DNA of 53,026 nt from Macrostomum lignano (taxonomy: Eukaryota), in NCBI GenBank assembly GCA_002269645.1, contig NIVC01003132.1:1-53026 (forward strand). Direction: 5' to 3'. Made by a program: the position numbers and the translations under genes. Below, in pieces: positions 33,160-45,752 of the stretch (positions are counted from its first letter, which is position 1; each line of letters opens with the position of its first letter). The notes under the pieces were generated by a model. The model did no database searches, was not told the origin of the DNA, and saw nothing but the letters and a program-made list of their open reading frames with translations.

Positions 33160-33550
33160 AATCTCCTTCCATCCTCTCTAACCTCCCTCTCCCTCCACCC
33201 TCTCTACTCTTCCTCTACCCTCTACTCTCCCTCTACCCTCTCTACTCTCCCTCTACCCTCTCTACTCTCCGTCTAGCCTCTCTACTCTCCTTTCATCCTC
33301 TCTAACCTCCCTCTCCCTCCACCCTCTCTACTCTCCCTCTACCCTCTACTCTCCCTCTACCCTCTACTCTCCGTCTAGCCTCTACTCTCCTTCTACCCCA
33401 TACGCTCCGTCTACCCTCTACTCTCCCTCTACTCTCTACTCTCCCTCTACACTCTACTCGCCCTCTACTCTCCCTCTATCCTCTCTACTCCCTCTACCCT
33501 CTACTCTTCCTCTACCCTCTACTCTCCCTCTACCCACTCTACTCTGCCTA
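33160..33550. repeat. Pyrimidine-rich ~16-18-bp repeat (ctctactctccctctacc)
   Basis: Direct periodicity, almost G-free strand. Confidence 0.88.
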
Positions 33551-34256
33551 TACCCGTCGCGTCGTGTCCTTACTGTAATGTTTCCACTTCGTTCTCATTT
33601 TAATAAAAATAGACTCTGTCCATAAACTTCTGTCACCCCAGACAAATGAAATCTAAAGCCGCTAGTTGCGCGTGCGCCACAATTCGGTATCAGCTCTGCA
33701 GTTTTTTATTGCGCAGCCGGCCGGCTGTCCAGTGCCGAGTTTCAATTTTACTAATATCAGATAATAGAAAAGTCTCGCAAAGAATTGAGTAAGGCATCGA
33801 GTGCAACTTCTGCTCAACTGCGCATGCAGAGGCAAGCAGTCTGGCGCATAACAAACTATTTTGGAGCAGGTGAACAGCTTTAATAAGCAAGTCCGGGCCC
33901 AGACTGAACTATGATGTCTGTCTGTCTCAAGGGCCGAGTTTTGGCAGGCAATTACCAACTGCGGGAGTGAGGTGGGCATCTGCTTTTGCCCGAGTCTCAG
34001 TCAAGCAGACTGTCTTTATGGCTGGGGTTGGTGCTGCGGCGAGGATGGTTAGAAGAAGTTAAATGAATAAACTGTATATAATGCATTGTTTGTTGTGTTT
34101 TCGAACTGATCCAACTTGATAACAGTAAATTTCAGTATAAAAAGCGTTTTAAAAAGCTCTTATCAATAGTTCAGTTGATTTGCAGGTAAGTAATAAAAAT
34201 TGTGAGTTTTTGCGAGATCAAATCTCATAACAATTAGTTTGGGGTATTTTTTCTTG

Positions 34257-34760
34257 CCGATATGTATCGAAATTATTTTAGCTGGATGCAATCATTGTGT
34301 AGTTGTAGGTATCCGATATGTATCGAAATTATTTTAGCTGGATGCAATCATTGTGTAGTTGTAGGTAGCCGATATGTATCGAAATTATTTTAGTCGGATG
34401 CAATCAGTTTGTAATTGTAGTTAGCCGATATGTATCGAAAAGTTTTTAGTCGGATGAAATCAGTGTGTAGTTGCAGGTATCCGATATGTATCGAAATTGT
34501 TTTAGTTGAATAGAATGAGTGTGTAGTTGTAGGTATCCGATATGTATCGAAATTGTTTTAGCCGAATGCAATCTGTTTATTTGTAGGTAGCCGATGTGTA
34601 TCGAAATAGTTGAATCTGGATACAGCTAGTGTGTAGCTATTGATTCGAGCGAAGCCGATATGTATCGAATGGACCTATGATTTAGTAATTAGTTTGCCGG
34701 TATAAGTAGCCGATATGTATTGAAACTGACTGCTAGGATTATTTTATCCGATATGTTTCG
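34257..34760. repeat. 56-bp minisatellite with cgatatgtatcg core, ~8 units
   Basis: ccgatatgtatcgaa recurs at 34257, 34313 and onward. Confidence 0.88.
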
Positions 34761-34796
34761 AAAACTCTAAAATCTGTAGCCCCACTCCCCTAACAG

Positions 34797-35108
34797 AGAC
34801 TGGAACAGTCGGTGCTCAAAGAAGGTCAATCAGGCGGCTACCTGCGCACAGGCACCGGCGGACGGGAGCGAGTTTCAGCTCGAATTCGAGACTCGATAAC
34901 TAGAAACCTGGACGATCCGGTTGGAACCGGTTCCGGCGTCGCCGATTGGAGCGGCGTCGGTGGGCGCGTCGGCTCAGGCGGCGGAGTCGGCTCCGGCGAC
35001 GAGGTCGCTCGCCTTCAGCGGGAGCTGAATCGCTTGGAGGAGGCGCTCGCCGATACGCGAGCCGAGAGAGATCAGCTGTCGATTCGCTACAATGCCTTAT
35101 CTGAGCGG
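34797..35108 (+). CDS. CROCC: Rootletin exon 2 (RLEQSVLKEG...RAERDQLSIRYNALSER)
   Basis: Acceptor cccctaacAG, donor CGG|GTGAGC, phase 0/0, coiled-coil segment. Confidence 0.82.
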
Positions 35109-35184
35109 GTGAGCTTTAATTTTTTAAAGATTTTTGAAACCTGCAAAATTACTTTGTACATCACGTAAAAAGTAAATCACATGA

Positions 35185-35595
35185 TCCTAAGGTCGCTTCT
35201 ATAGGTCACGTGATCCCAAGGTCGCTTCTGTTGGTCACGTCATTCCAAGGCCGCTTCTGTAGGTCACGTGATTTCAAGGTCGCTTCTATAGTTGACGTGA
35301 TTCAAGACCGCTTCTGTAGATCACGTGATTCCAAGACCGCTTCTGTAGGTCACGTGATTCCAAGGTTGCTTCTACAGTTGGCGTGATTCCAAGGTTGCTT
35401 CTGTAGGTCACGTTGATCCCAATGTTACTTTTGTAAATCACGTGATTCCAAGACCGCTTCTGTAGGTCACGTGATTCCAAGGTCGCTTCTACAGTTGACG
35501 TGATTCCAAGGTTGCTTCTGTAGGTCACGTTGATCCCAAAGTTACTTTTGTAAATCACGTGATTCCAAGACCGCTTCTGTAGGTCACGTGATCGC
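35185..35595. repeat. 29-bp minisatellite (ggtcacgtgattccaaggtcgcttctgta), ~14 units
   Basis: Direct periodicity. Confidence 0.92.
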
Positions 35596-36804
35596 AAGGG
35601 CGTCCATCGGAATTCAGATTCCGCACTTTCCGATTGTACGTGTATATTTCGTGGTCCCCAAGTTATCGATGCGATGCAAGACCGCAAAGTCAATGTCTTT
35701 TAGTCGCCTGGTCGTGTATCAAGTCAAGGTCATCTAATAGAGTTTGTCCCAGAAGTATTCTCTGGAGTGCAAGTTTCTGAACTAACTTTTTTTCCGTCTG
35801 TCTGTCTGGCTCCACTACCCTGATCTTGTACTTGGCTATTATAAAAGTTTACTCAGCCCGGGCTCATCTAGCATTGCTTTGCGGAAGCATGTCTCATGCC
35901 TACTTCCTTCTGCTGCTTGTCTCATTCTGGGATTCTAACTCACAAATGTATTGCATTTTGCAGTAGCTTTTCATTGTCCAATACCTATATTTTATAATTT
36001 ATAAAGCTTTGAGATTGTATAGGTTAGTCAGTTTTCAGTCAGCCACTGTGTCTCAATTGCAGACAATTGTACGACTTTCTCATTGTCCAATGTGCACAGT
36101 GCAGCTCCTGGTTATGAAATCTGCAGATTGTCAATTTATTATTCGCTTAAAAGTGCATGCCGGATAGGCAGGCAGCGATCGTGTTTAAAGCGCTCGCGGA
36201 TACAGAATTCTTTACCACTGCTCAGCCTCCTCTCCCCCATCCATCCGCCCTTCTTCGCCTTCACGCTGTTTGCTTTTTTTGCTGTCTAAATGCAGGCAAT
36301 GCAAGGCAGTTTGAGAAGCGGAGCACCTGGTCCGGCAGGTCTTGGCAGCTGGAGAAGTGAGAAAAAAGAGAATAATGCTTTGAAAAATTCACAAAAGCGT
36401 AAAATGCACCTGGGCCTGATGGAGTTTGGCAATAATGGTTGAGGCTGAGCGCTCGCCCGGTCCCCTGCTCCTGCAGTCCACGCCCTCTTACTCCGCGGGG
36501 TTTTAGGGATGAGTGTGGGAGTTTCCCGGGAACCGTCTCCCAGCTGCTTCTGCATCGCCCAGCGCACTCTGCAGCCGACATAAAACTGCTCATAATTTGG
36601 GCTTACCTGATTTTATTGTCGCTTGAATTTTTATAGAGCTGCAGAAATTTCAAATTGCTAATTGGCTTCAGTGCTGTGAGAGGGCGGCTGGGATCTCTGA
36701 TTGATTTCTCTGACTACCTGCTTGTCCGCAAAAATTATTTTATTGCCTGTTATTGCCTTGTTGCACATCTCTTGGCGCCTTTGCAGCTACTTCAAGTAGG
36801 ATGT

Positions 36805-37410
36805 TGCTCCACATCTACTTCTACTTCTATCCCTGATTCCCCCATCTACTTCTATCCCTGATTATTCCATCTACTTCTATCCCTGATTCCCCCATCTACT
36901 TCTATCTCTGATTCCCCCATCTACTTCTATCCCTGATTCCCCCATCTACTTCTATCCCTGATTATTCCATCTACTTCTATCCCTGATTCCCCATCTACTT
37001 CTATCTCTGATTCCCCCATCTACTTCTATCCCTGATTATTCCATCTACTTCTATCCCTGATTCCCCCATCTACTTCTATCTCTGATTCCCCCATCTACTT
37101 CTATCCCTGATTCTTCCATCTACTTCTATCCCTGATTCTTCCATCTACTTTTATCCCTGATTCTTCCATCTACTTCTATCCCTGATTCTTCCATCTACTT
37201 CTATCCCTGATTCTTCCATCTACTTCTATCCCTGATTCCCCCATCTACTTCTATCCCTGATTCTTCCATCTACTTCTATCACTCATTTCTCCCATTTACT
37301 ATCCCTCATTTCTCCCATCTACTTCTATCCCTCATTTCTCCCATCTACTTCTATCCCTCATTTCTCCCCCTAATCTACTTCTATCCCTGATTCCCCCATC
37401 TACTTCTAAT
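36805..37410. repeat. ~24-bp minisatellite (ccatctacttctatccctgattcc)
   Basis: Direct periodicity. Confidence 0.93.
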
Positions 37411-37937
37411 GCCAACCTGTCTCTAGATGCCAATCTCAAGTTAGTTTCACCTGTTCACGTCTCATCTCCGAAGCAACTCTCCCCTGTTTCCGCCCCGTCT
37501 CCATAGAGATCTGCTGAGCAAAGGCGCCTGTTCGCGTGGACTTGTTCCAAAAACAGTTGCTAACTTCAACACGGAAATTGGTCTGAGAATTTCTGGGCTC
37601 CCAGCTGCAGGCTGCCATTTTCCTGCCACAAAAAATATTTTACATCATCATAAACAACGCCCCGCATGCAGTTTTGGTTGGCGCTTCAACAAGTCAGTGG
37701 CACTGGGGCGGAGCGACTGACTGAAGTTTGCGTGCCTTTGGCAGTGGGACAACGGGCGAAGGCTGTGCAGGCTGGGACTGCTGACGCACTGTTGCAGTTT
37801 TTCGCCTGGTTAATAATTTAGCCGTGCTGCAGACCAGCCGCCTGCTTGCTAGATTGTGACGCAAGCAAATATTTTCTGCGCTGCCAGCGCAACTCTGAGC
37901 ACTAGGCTTGTCTTTCTTCTAGTAGAATTCCGGCCTG

Positions 37938-38712
37938 ATCTGGATCCAGAATCTGGAGTGCCAGCTGTTCACACTGGGTCAAGGTGATCTGGATCCAGAA
38001 TCTGGAGTGCCAGCTGTTCACACTGGGTCAAGGTGATCTGGATCCAGAATCTGGAGTGCCAGCTGTTCACACTGGGTCAAGGTGATCTGGATCCAGAATC
38101 TGGAGTGCCAGCTGTTCACACTGGGTCAAGGTGATCTGGATCCAGAATCTGGAGTGCCAGCTGTTCACACTGGGTCAAGGTGATCTGGATCCAGAATCTG
38201 GAGTGCCAGCTGTTCACACTGGGTCAAGGTGATCTGGATCCAGAATCTGGAGTGCCAGCTGTTCACACTGGGTCAAGGTGATCTGGATCCAGAATCTGGA
38301 GTGCCAGCTGTTCACACTGGGTCAAGGTGATCTGGATCCAGAATCTGGAGTGCCAGCTGTTCACACTGGGTCAAGGTGATCTGGATCCAGAATCTGAAGT
38401 GCCAGCTGTTCACACTGGGTCAAGGTTATCTGGATCCAGAATCTGGAGTGCCAGCTGTTCACAGTGGGTCAAGGTTATCTGGATCCAGAATCTGCAGTGC
38501 CAGCTGTTCACACTGGGTCAGGTTATCTGGATCCAGAATCTGGAGTGCCAGCTGTTCACACTGGGTCAAGGTGATCTGGATCCAGAATCTGGAGTGCCAG
38601 CTGTTCACACTGGGTCGTGATCTGGATCCAGAATCTGGAGTGCCAGCTGTTTACACTGGGTCAAGGTGATCTGGATCCAGAATCTGGAGTGCCAGCTGTT
38701 CACACAGGGTCA
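37938..38712. repeat. 49-bp minisatellite (gatctggatccagaatctggagtgccagctgttcacactgggtcaaggt), ~16 units
   Basis: Direct periodicity. Confidence 0.96.
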
Positions 38713-39921
38713 GGTTCTCATATATTCTCTGCTTTTATGTTGGCCGACGACTCAGGGTTAAGGTGGTGGAGTTGGGAGAAGAGTGACCAATGCAGGTTGC
38801 AGTTAGTTGAGTTAGCTTAAGCTTAGATGATTTTTAGTTGCCAGTCCAATTACAGTGCACTGTGCCTGAAAACGAGAAATTCTGTGTCTTTCAGGTGTTT
38901 CAACCTTGCAAAAGTGAAATTCTCAGCTGCTTTCTGTTTGCTTTGAGCGGTTCATGGGCGGCGCAAGTCATTTTTGTGAGGCATTGTTGGTGCAGTGCAG
39001 CTGGGGAACTGTCTGTTCTCTTTACTTTTCTCTCCGTATGCCTCCTCCAGTGTTGTGCCCTAATATGTCAGCTTAAGTCTGCTCAGGCTATGCTCAGGTT
39101 TTTTGCTTGAGAATTGGCGCCACGGCCGCCGCCGCCGCCGCCTTTGTCAAATTCTTTATTTCTTGTCTTTCAAAATCCTCTCAGGCGATGCTTTAGCAAA
39201 GAGGAAGGCCTTGCCTCTCGCATTATTCACAGCTGACTACTCAGACTTGTGCTGCCTGACTAAACACGTCTCTTCCTTTGACTCCCTTCCTAGCTAGTCG
39301 GGCCAGTGAATGTTCCTGTTGGAATTTTTTCCCCATTTTGGCGGATGAGACGGAGGCTGGGAAACGCCCCCACCCCCGCTGCCCTCCCCCACTAGGGTGG
39401 GGTGGGGGCGCTTAGGCTTCACGATTTCCCTTGTTGGGAACTCCCGCTTCGAAGTGAAAATCCTCCCCTCATCTGCTTGTCTCAGCCTTGCTCCCCGCTT
39501 TCCTCTTCCGCGATCCCCCGCCCACCTCCTTCTGTTCTGGTTGCCAGGGCGGAACAGCCAATGGGGACAGGGGAGCAAGAAAGTTGCACAGAACTGGGCA
39601 GGACAGTACGGAGGCTTGAAGAGGCTTGTAAGAGCTGTGGAGAGAGGGAAGCTGGCCTCCCTGTGGTGGCGGATTTGAAATCGCCCAGTCATCCGCTAGC
39701 TCTTTTAGAAGTAGGGGAGAATTGGCCCAGCAGGGTGCAGGACTGGGAGAGAAGCCGGTGCAAGGGGATGGGGAGTTGCTAAGCCGGCCTCCCAACTCCG
39801 CGCGGATACGCGGATTAGCCCTGGGGCGGATATTTCAGCCGCGTGACAGCTGGGGTATTTAACGCCCGACTCCCCGTTACCTGGGCTGAGTATCGCTAAG
39901 GAATTTCATTTTGCAACCCAG

Positions 39922-40041
39922 CTCAATAGTCATAAGCGGAAGGGACTCCCACTGAAGCCATCGTCTGGAATGGACAGCCCGACCGAGATCCCGCCGGATC
40001 TGGAGGATAACAATGGGGATGTTTTGATCGACTCGGACAGT
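39922..40041 (+). CDS. CROCC: Probable rootletin exon 3 (LNSHKRKGLPLKPSSGMDSPTEIPPDLEDNNGDVLIDSDS)
   Basis: Strong acceptor tttcattttgcaacccAG, donor AGT|GTGAGT, 120 nt, open, phase 0/0. No homology recognised. Confidence 0.55.
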
Positions 40042-40149
40042 GTGAGTTACTGGGCGGCTCGATCAATTTCAGTTTATCCCAATTATATTTTGGGAGAAGA
40101 ACATGTCCACCTTTCATTTGGCTTTTCGACTGTAAGACTTCGCCCTTAA

Positions 40150-41020
40150 TCATCATCGTCCCTAATCCTCATCGCCACTAATACACATTGCCACTAATCC
40201 CCATCATCCCTAATCCTCATCATCCGTAATACTCATCCTCCCTAATCCTCATCATCCCTAATCCTCATCATCCCTTATCCTCATCATCCCTAATCCTCAT
40301 CATCCCTAATCATCATCGTCCCTAATCCTCATCATCCCTAATCCTCATCATCCCTAATCCTCATCATCCCTAATCCTCATCATCCCTAATCATCATCGTC
40401 CCTAATCCTCATCATCCCGAATCCTCATCTTCCCTAATCCTCATCATCCCTAATCCTCATTATCCCAAATTTTATCACCCCTAATCCTCATCGTCCCTAA
40501 TCCTCATCCTCCCTAATCCTCATCATCCCTAATCCCCATCATCCCTAATCCTCATCGTCCCTAATCCCCATCCTCCCTAATCCTCATCGTCCCTAATCCT
40601 CATCCTCCCTAATCCTCATCCTCCTTAATCCTCATCATCCCTAATCCTCATCATCCCTAATCCCCATCATCCCTATTCCTCATCGTCCCTAATCCTCATC
40701 CTCCCTAATCCTCATCATCCCTAATCCCCATCATCCCTAATCCTCATCGTCCCTAATCCCCATCCTCCCTAATCCTCATCGCCCCTAATCCTCATCGTCC
40801 CTAATCCTCATTCTCCCTAATCCTCATCCTCCTTAATCCTCATCATCCCTAATCCTCATCATCCCTAATCCTCATCATCCCTAATCCCCATCATCCCTAA
40901 TCCTCATCATCCCTAATCCCCATCATCCCTAATCCTCATCGTCCCTAATCCTCATCGTCCCTAATCCTCATCGTCCCTAATCCTCATTATCCCTAATTTT
41001 ATCACCCCTAATCCTCATGA
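40150..41020. repeat. 16-bp minisatellite (ccctaatcctcatcat), ~52 units
   Basis: Direct periodicity. Each unit contains CCCTAA. Confidence 0.95.
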
Positions 41021-41213
41021 AATTCTCATCGCACCTCTCTCGAAGGTCCCTAAATCAGCATTCCCAATTTCACCCTCCTAAATTTATATCTCACCAAATA
41101 TCAGCTTCAAGGGTGAATTTTATTACCAAATCCAGCTTTCGAAATTTCCGAGATTTTCCCTACTTTCTGCCCAGACTTTGAAATGCTTCCTTGGTATAGA
41201 AAACCTCCACTTG

Positions 41214-41227
41214 GTTGCCATGGTAAC
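41214..41227. promoter_or_regulatory. RFX X-box GTTGCCATGGTAAC
   Basis: Matches the GTTNCCATGGNAAC consensus, inside a ciliary gene. Confidence 0.7.
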
Positions 41228-42241
41228 CGCTTTTTTGCGCTCTAACTGCGTTAAGAAATCACTGTAGTGTGTCAAGAAAGGCTTTGTGCAATGAAGTCAA
41301 TCAGGAAATTTTCTCTTGCAAGCAAGGAAAGTGAAGCAATGCGCCTCAGCGAGCAGTTTCCAAGTCGGGTCAAGTACTATGCAGGCATAATATTTGCATT
41401 GAATTAGCGGTGCCTTGCTTGGCAATATTTAGCGCCAACAAGAGATGCAGCTGCAGGAGGCTGCGATCAACTGGCAGGTGTTCATTTCTGTTACATTCAT
41501 ATTTTGCAGCAATTCTGTATATAAAATTCTTATTGTCTATCGAATCACCTTTGTTTAGGTGCTTTTGAGCAGCTCTGAAGAATTTATATTAGCCTATTAT
41601 TGAACACTACTCTGGGTAAGTAGTGCCGAAGCATTTTTTTAGTTTATCACACGGAAATCAATTTTAATATTGTTTTCTATTTCGATTTCACCAAGGTCTC
41701 GTTTGATTTAATTTGTTTTGTTAAAAGTTGCATGTTGGAAGACATTTTGTTAATTTTTCACACGCCTGGTCATTTTCTGGTCAGTTTAAAACTTTTCATT
41801 ATTCACCGGATGGCAGAGCTTTCTTGATAGAAAAATTCACTTATGTTTCCTCAACAAGCGGCTTGTTGGATGTCCTTAATTGAACTCGCCTCTCCGTAAG
41901 TCATCGATGCAGAATCTCCAGGCGAAAATAATTCTTTAAGAAAATGACGATTAATTATTTGAGCAGACACCAAAAGACTCAAAGCTCTTCAGAGTTTTGT
42001 ATGCGGTTCCCACCGTGCCAGACAGGCAAGCAGAAATTCCATAGAAGCTTCGAGCACAGCTTTGCCTATCGAATTTCACTGTTCTCGCCAATTAGGGTTC
42101 GGGGGCCGAGAGCCGCAGCCTCTCTCGAGTCAACAATTCCAATAAAAACTTTTTTATCTTTTTCTTCTAATATCAACTTGTTGCTCGCCAGTGGAGGCGC
42201 CACCGATGATGCCAGCTGTGCCGCTGCTCTGTCAACATGCT

Positions 42242-42255
42242 GTTGCCATGGTTAC
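42242..42255. promoter_or_regulatory. RFX X-box-like GTTGCCATGGTTAC
   Basis: Near-consensus X-box. Confidence 0.55.
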
Positions 42256-42854
42256 CGTGTTTTCTCGGCCTCCCCTCCACTCCTCGCCATCCAGAGCAGC
42301 CAGCCGCAGGGGGAAGCAGGTGAGGGTACGGCAGCAGCCGCCGCTCGATCTCGCATATTGAATAACTGTTTGCCCCGTGTCAACTCAGAGCTGCCTACTG
42401 CATCTATGCCGCTATCGCGTGCTTAAATTTAGGCAGCTGGAAGCTGGGCCAGTCTTTTCCTACTCTATGAAGCTCATTTGGTGCTTCATCAGTTTGCTAA
42501 GCACTGAAAAAAATTGCAAGGAGGCATAAAAATTTGCGAAACTTTTCATCCGATTTTTTTATGCGGTTCATTTGGCTTGCGGCACCTAATGAGGCGAAAT
42601 TGGCGCTGCAATTGCCGCCAAGGTGAGGCTTGGAACAGTGGGGTAGCAGGTTGATAACAGAGTGCGATACGCGTATGCAGCTTACAGCTTGTAGCGAGAA
42701 AATTCATACAGAACAAGCCAGCGCAATGCGAGACCTAATTTAGAGCTTTATGGTCTCCCTCTCCACCTTGCTGCTGCTTCGGACCGTCTTGGAGCAAGTG
42801 TCGATGCTTGCTCTGTGTGTGTCTATACCTGTTTCACAGCTCCGTAAGCGCATT

Positions 42855-42868
42855 GTTGTCATGGCGAC
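42855..42868. promoter_or_regulatory. RFX X-box-like GTTGTCATGGCGAC
   Basis: Near-consensus X-box. Confidence 0.5.
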
Positions 42869-43611
42869 GGTGTAGGCTAGGCTATGCTATAAAGTGGGGT
42901 GCAGGGGGGGGATTCGAAGCACCGAACGGCGGCGAAGTGTTGAAAACCCGACTGAGTTTGCTTCTGCTTGCGAGGTTGGGTAGGGGTGGGGTGGGGTTGA
43001 AACGGCGGACAAGAGGTCGATGAGAGAGGGTGAGAGGGTCTAATCGCCTGATGGATGCGTTTATTACCGGCTGCTTAGCGTGTGTGTGTGTGTGTGCAAG
43101 GGTCTTTGCTCTTTGAGTCGGTGCTACCGGGGCTGGCTCGCCCTGCAATTTTCTCTGGTCATTTGGCTGCCAAGAAAACTGAAGAACTCTTTAAGCGCTC
43201 TCTCTCTCTCTCTCGCCCGTCTGCCTACCGTATCTGCCTTCGTCCTCGGCTGCGGCCCTGCCAAGCCTCTCCTGTTTGCGTGTGCTCGAGTGCCTTGGTC
43301 CTATTTGCTCTCTGTCTGTCTCTCTCTCTCTCTCCCGCATCTCCATCGCGCTCTCTAACCTCCATTTGGCTCTGTTGTCTGCCAAACTGCCCGAATACTC
43401 TGCAGCACAGAGCCTAAGGCTGCCCCCCCGCCACCCCAGCCTCCCTATTATATTAGACGCCCACAGTCTCTCTGTCTTTCTTCTGCTTCATCATCTGCAA
43501 ACTTCTGTTTCTTCTGTCAGCCTCCAGTTCGCCTCTCAGGTGGTCGGTCCGCTCCCACTGCCCAAACTCAGTAGCACCGTCCGATTTTAGTTAATCTGAT
43601 CCATTTTAATC

Positions 43612-43647
43612 CCTAAGCAACGCGTTGCTAAGCGGTTGCTAAGCAAT
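43612..43647. promoter_or_regulatory. Cluster of RFX half-sites (agcaacgcgttgct palindrome; gttgctaagc twice)
   Basis: Three AGCAAC/GTTGCT half-sites plus a terminal AGCAAT within 36 bp, ~350 bp upstream of an in-frame ATG. Confidence 0.5.
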
Positions 43648-44218
43648 GACAGACGACGGTTTTGACTACGTGGACTACCGCGTAAGTGCTGTGCGCGCCC
43701 TGTTTCTTAGAATAAGAATTTCATTGCCGCAGTCAGACATCCGCATATATATATATTTCACCAGCTTCCTGTGCCTCGGGTCTCCCCTCACCGACTCGAT
43801 CACTGCATTAACTAATTAGCAAAAAGCTTTCCATTCTGAATTCTCACCGAACTGGAAGTCCTGCGCGTTCCCTCCCGCTTCCTGCCTCTTAAATTGGGGT
43901 TTAAAAAACTTCTCAAAACCGAATGGAGCTTGACCACTCGAGCTGAGTGAAGAATTAGTGAGAAAGCAGAACCGCCTGCCAGCCAGGGGAAACTTTGAGA
44001 TGTTTGCTCGGCCTAGAAATCTGCCGGTGAAGAAGGCGGCAGACAAATTGCCGCACCCGGCCAGCAAGCAGCGCCGCTCCAATTCCTCGAATCGAGTCGC
44101 TTCTCACAACTGCCTGCTAGCGTCAACTGCTAGCTCTGTTGCTATGGAAGCAGCTGTCAAGTCGGCTCATTCATCGACATTAGAAACGTCGATGTTGATG
44201 AAGAAGGCAGTTTCCCAG

Positions 44219-44653
44219 GTGTGCTTGACCAGCAAGCAGAAGCAGCAGCAAAAGCAGCCGTCCTGCGAGGACAAAAGCTGCCAGGCTGCTCTGCTTGGCT
44301 GCCAGAACTGCAGCAGCCAGGCTGCGCCCCGGATTCCAGTCCGGAACCTCACAGCCGCCAGCGCCGCTCTTGGCGCATCGATCGGCACCGCCTCCTGCCC
44401 GGACAGCGGCTACGACAACTCCGACCCCGAGGACTACTGCCGGGAGTCCGCTAACTCCAGCCACCTCGCCACCCCCGTTTTCCAGCAGCACGAGGACCCC
44501 GGTGACGATCCCGGCTCCAGGGGCCTCATGCAGATGAACATGGACCTCCGCAAGCGCCTGGACGATGAGCAGCAGAGCTACAAGCGCAAGCTGGCCACGT
44601 ACCAGGAGGGCCAGCAGCGGCAGGCCCAGCTGGTGCAGAAACTGCAGGCCAAG
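44219..44653 (+). CDS. CROCC: Rootletin exon (...LRKRLDDEQQSYKRKLATYQEGQQRQAQLVQKLQAK); may extend 5' to ATG 44000 as an alternative first exon
   Basis: Matches recalled human LEEEQASYRRKLQAYQEGQQRQAQLVQRLQGK. Donor AAG|GTGAGT. The 5' edge is uncertain (acceptor tttcccAG at 44218, phase 0). Confidence 0.88.
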
Positions 44654-44819
44654 GTGAGTGCCGCCTGTCTGTCTGATTGGCGTATTTCTATGCCTATGCC
44701 TATGGCTTACCTGTGCCGCCACTGGACCAATGCTTTGCCTAGAAACTGCTGACTCAGTTACCCATGTATTCCCTTATATCACCTGTGCTCCCTGCATCTG
44801 ATTTGTTACCTCTATTCCG

Positions 44820-45290
44820 TCTATCCCTTCATCCCCTCCTCTATCCCCTCCATCCCCTCTGTTCCCTTCATCCCCTCTGTCCCTTCCATCCCTCCATCCC
44901 CTCCTATATACCCCCTATCCCCTCCTCTATCCCCTTTTCCATACCCTCCATGCCCTCTATCCCCTCCATCCCCTCCATCCCCTCTGTCCCCTCCATGCCC
45001 TCCATGCCCTCTATCCCCTCCATGCCCTCTATCCCCTCCATCCCCTCCATCCCCTCTGTCCCCTCCATCCCCTCCATGCCCTCTATCTCCTCTGCCCCCT
45101 TCATCCCCTCCATGCCCTCTATCCCCTCCATGCCCTCCATGCCCTCCATGCCTTCTATCCCTCTATTTTCTCCATCCTCAGTCCCCTCTATCCCCTCTAT
45201 CCCCCATCCCCTATATCCTCTACATCCCCTCTTCTTCCCTTCATCCCCTTTGTTCTCCTTTATCCCCTCAATCCCATCAATTGCCCCGCT
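44820..45290. repeat. 9-bp C-rich repeat (atcccctcc/atgccctct)
   Basis: Direct periodicity. Confidence 0.9.
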
Positions 45291-45668
45291 ATTGCCTTCG
45301 CAGCAGTTAAATTTCAGTGCTTGCCGGCACGCTCGCCCTTTAGCGCCACCTCCGTGCATCTCCTTCCTATTATTGCTAATTTACTAATCACCTCCAGGAT
45401 CCTTTGCGGTTTCCTGTCATTTCTTAGCACAAAATGCATTAAATATGTTATGAATTGGTTACTTGTAACTACATGCAGTTTACTAGTTAAAACCAATTGA
45501 ATGACTTTTTTGCCATCATTTACTCATTTTTAGCTAAGCTCCACTATCACAAACCCGATGAAGATCTGTTTAAGATTTGGCACTAAATTTAGGACACATT
45601 CTCAGCCATCGTATTGTGCAGAATTAGAATGTGTATTTGCTTTTTCAACAATGACCTATAAAACTTAG

Positions 45669-45752
45669 GTACTGGCCTACAAGAAGAAGGTGTCCGAGAG
45701 TGACCTTGAGAACCAGCGGCTGAAGACTCAGCTGCGGAGTTTCAAGCAATCG
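45669..45752 (+). CDS. CROCC: Rootletin exon (VLAYKKKVSESDLENQRLKTQLRSFKQS)
   Basis: Acceptor cttAG (phase 0), corresponds to human ILQYKKRCSELE. Weaker donor TCG|GTGATC. Confidence 0.75.

Noticed and set aside
34600-34680. Second Helitron 3' end (cagctagt, gcgaagccg)
   Set aside because: The motifs are out of the expected order and no matching 5' TC end was found.
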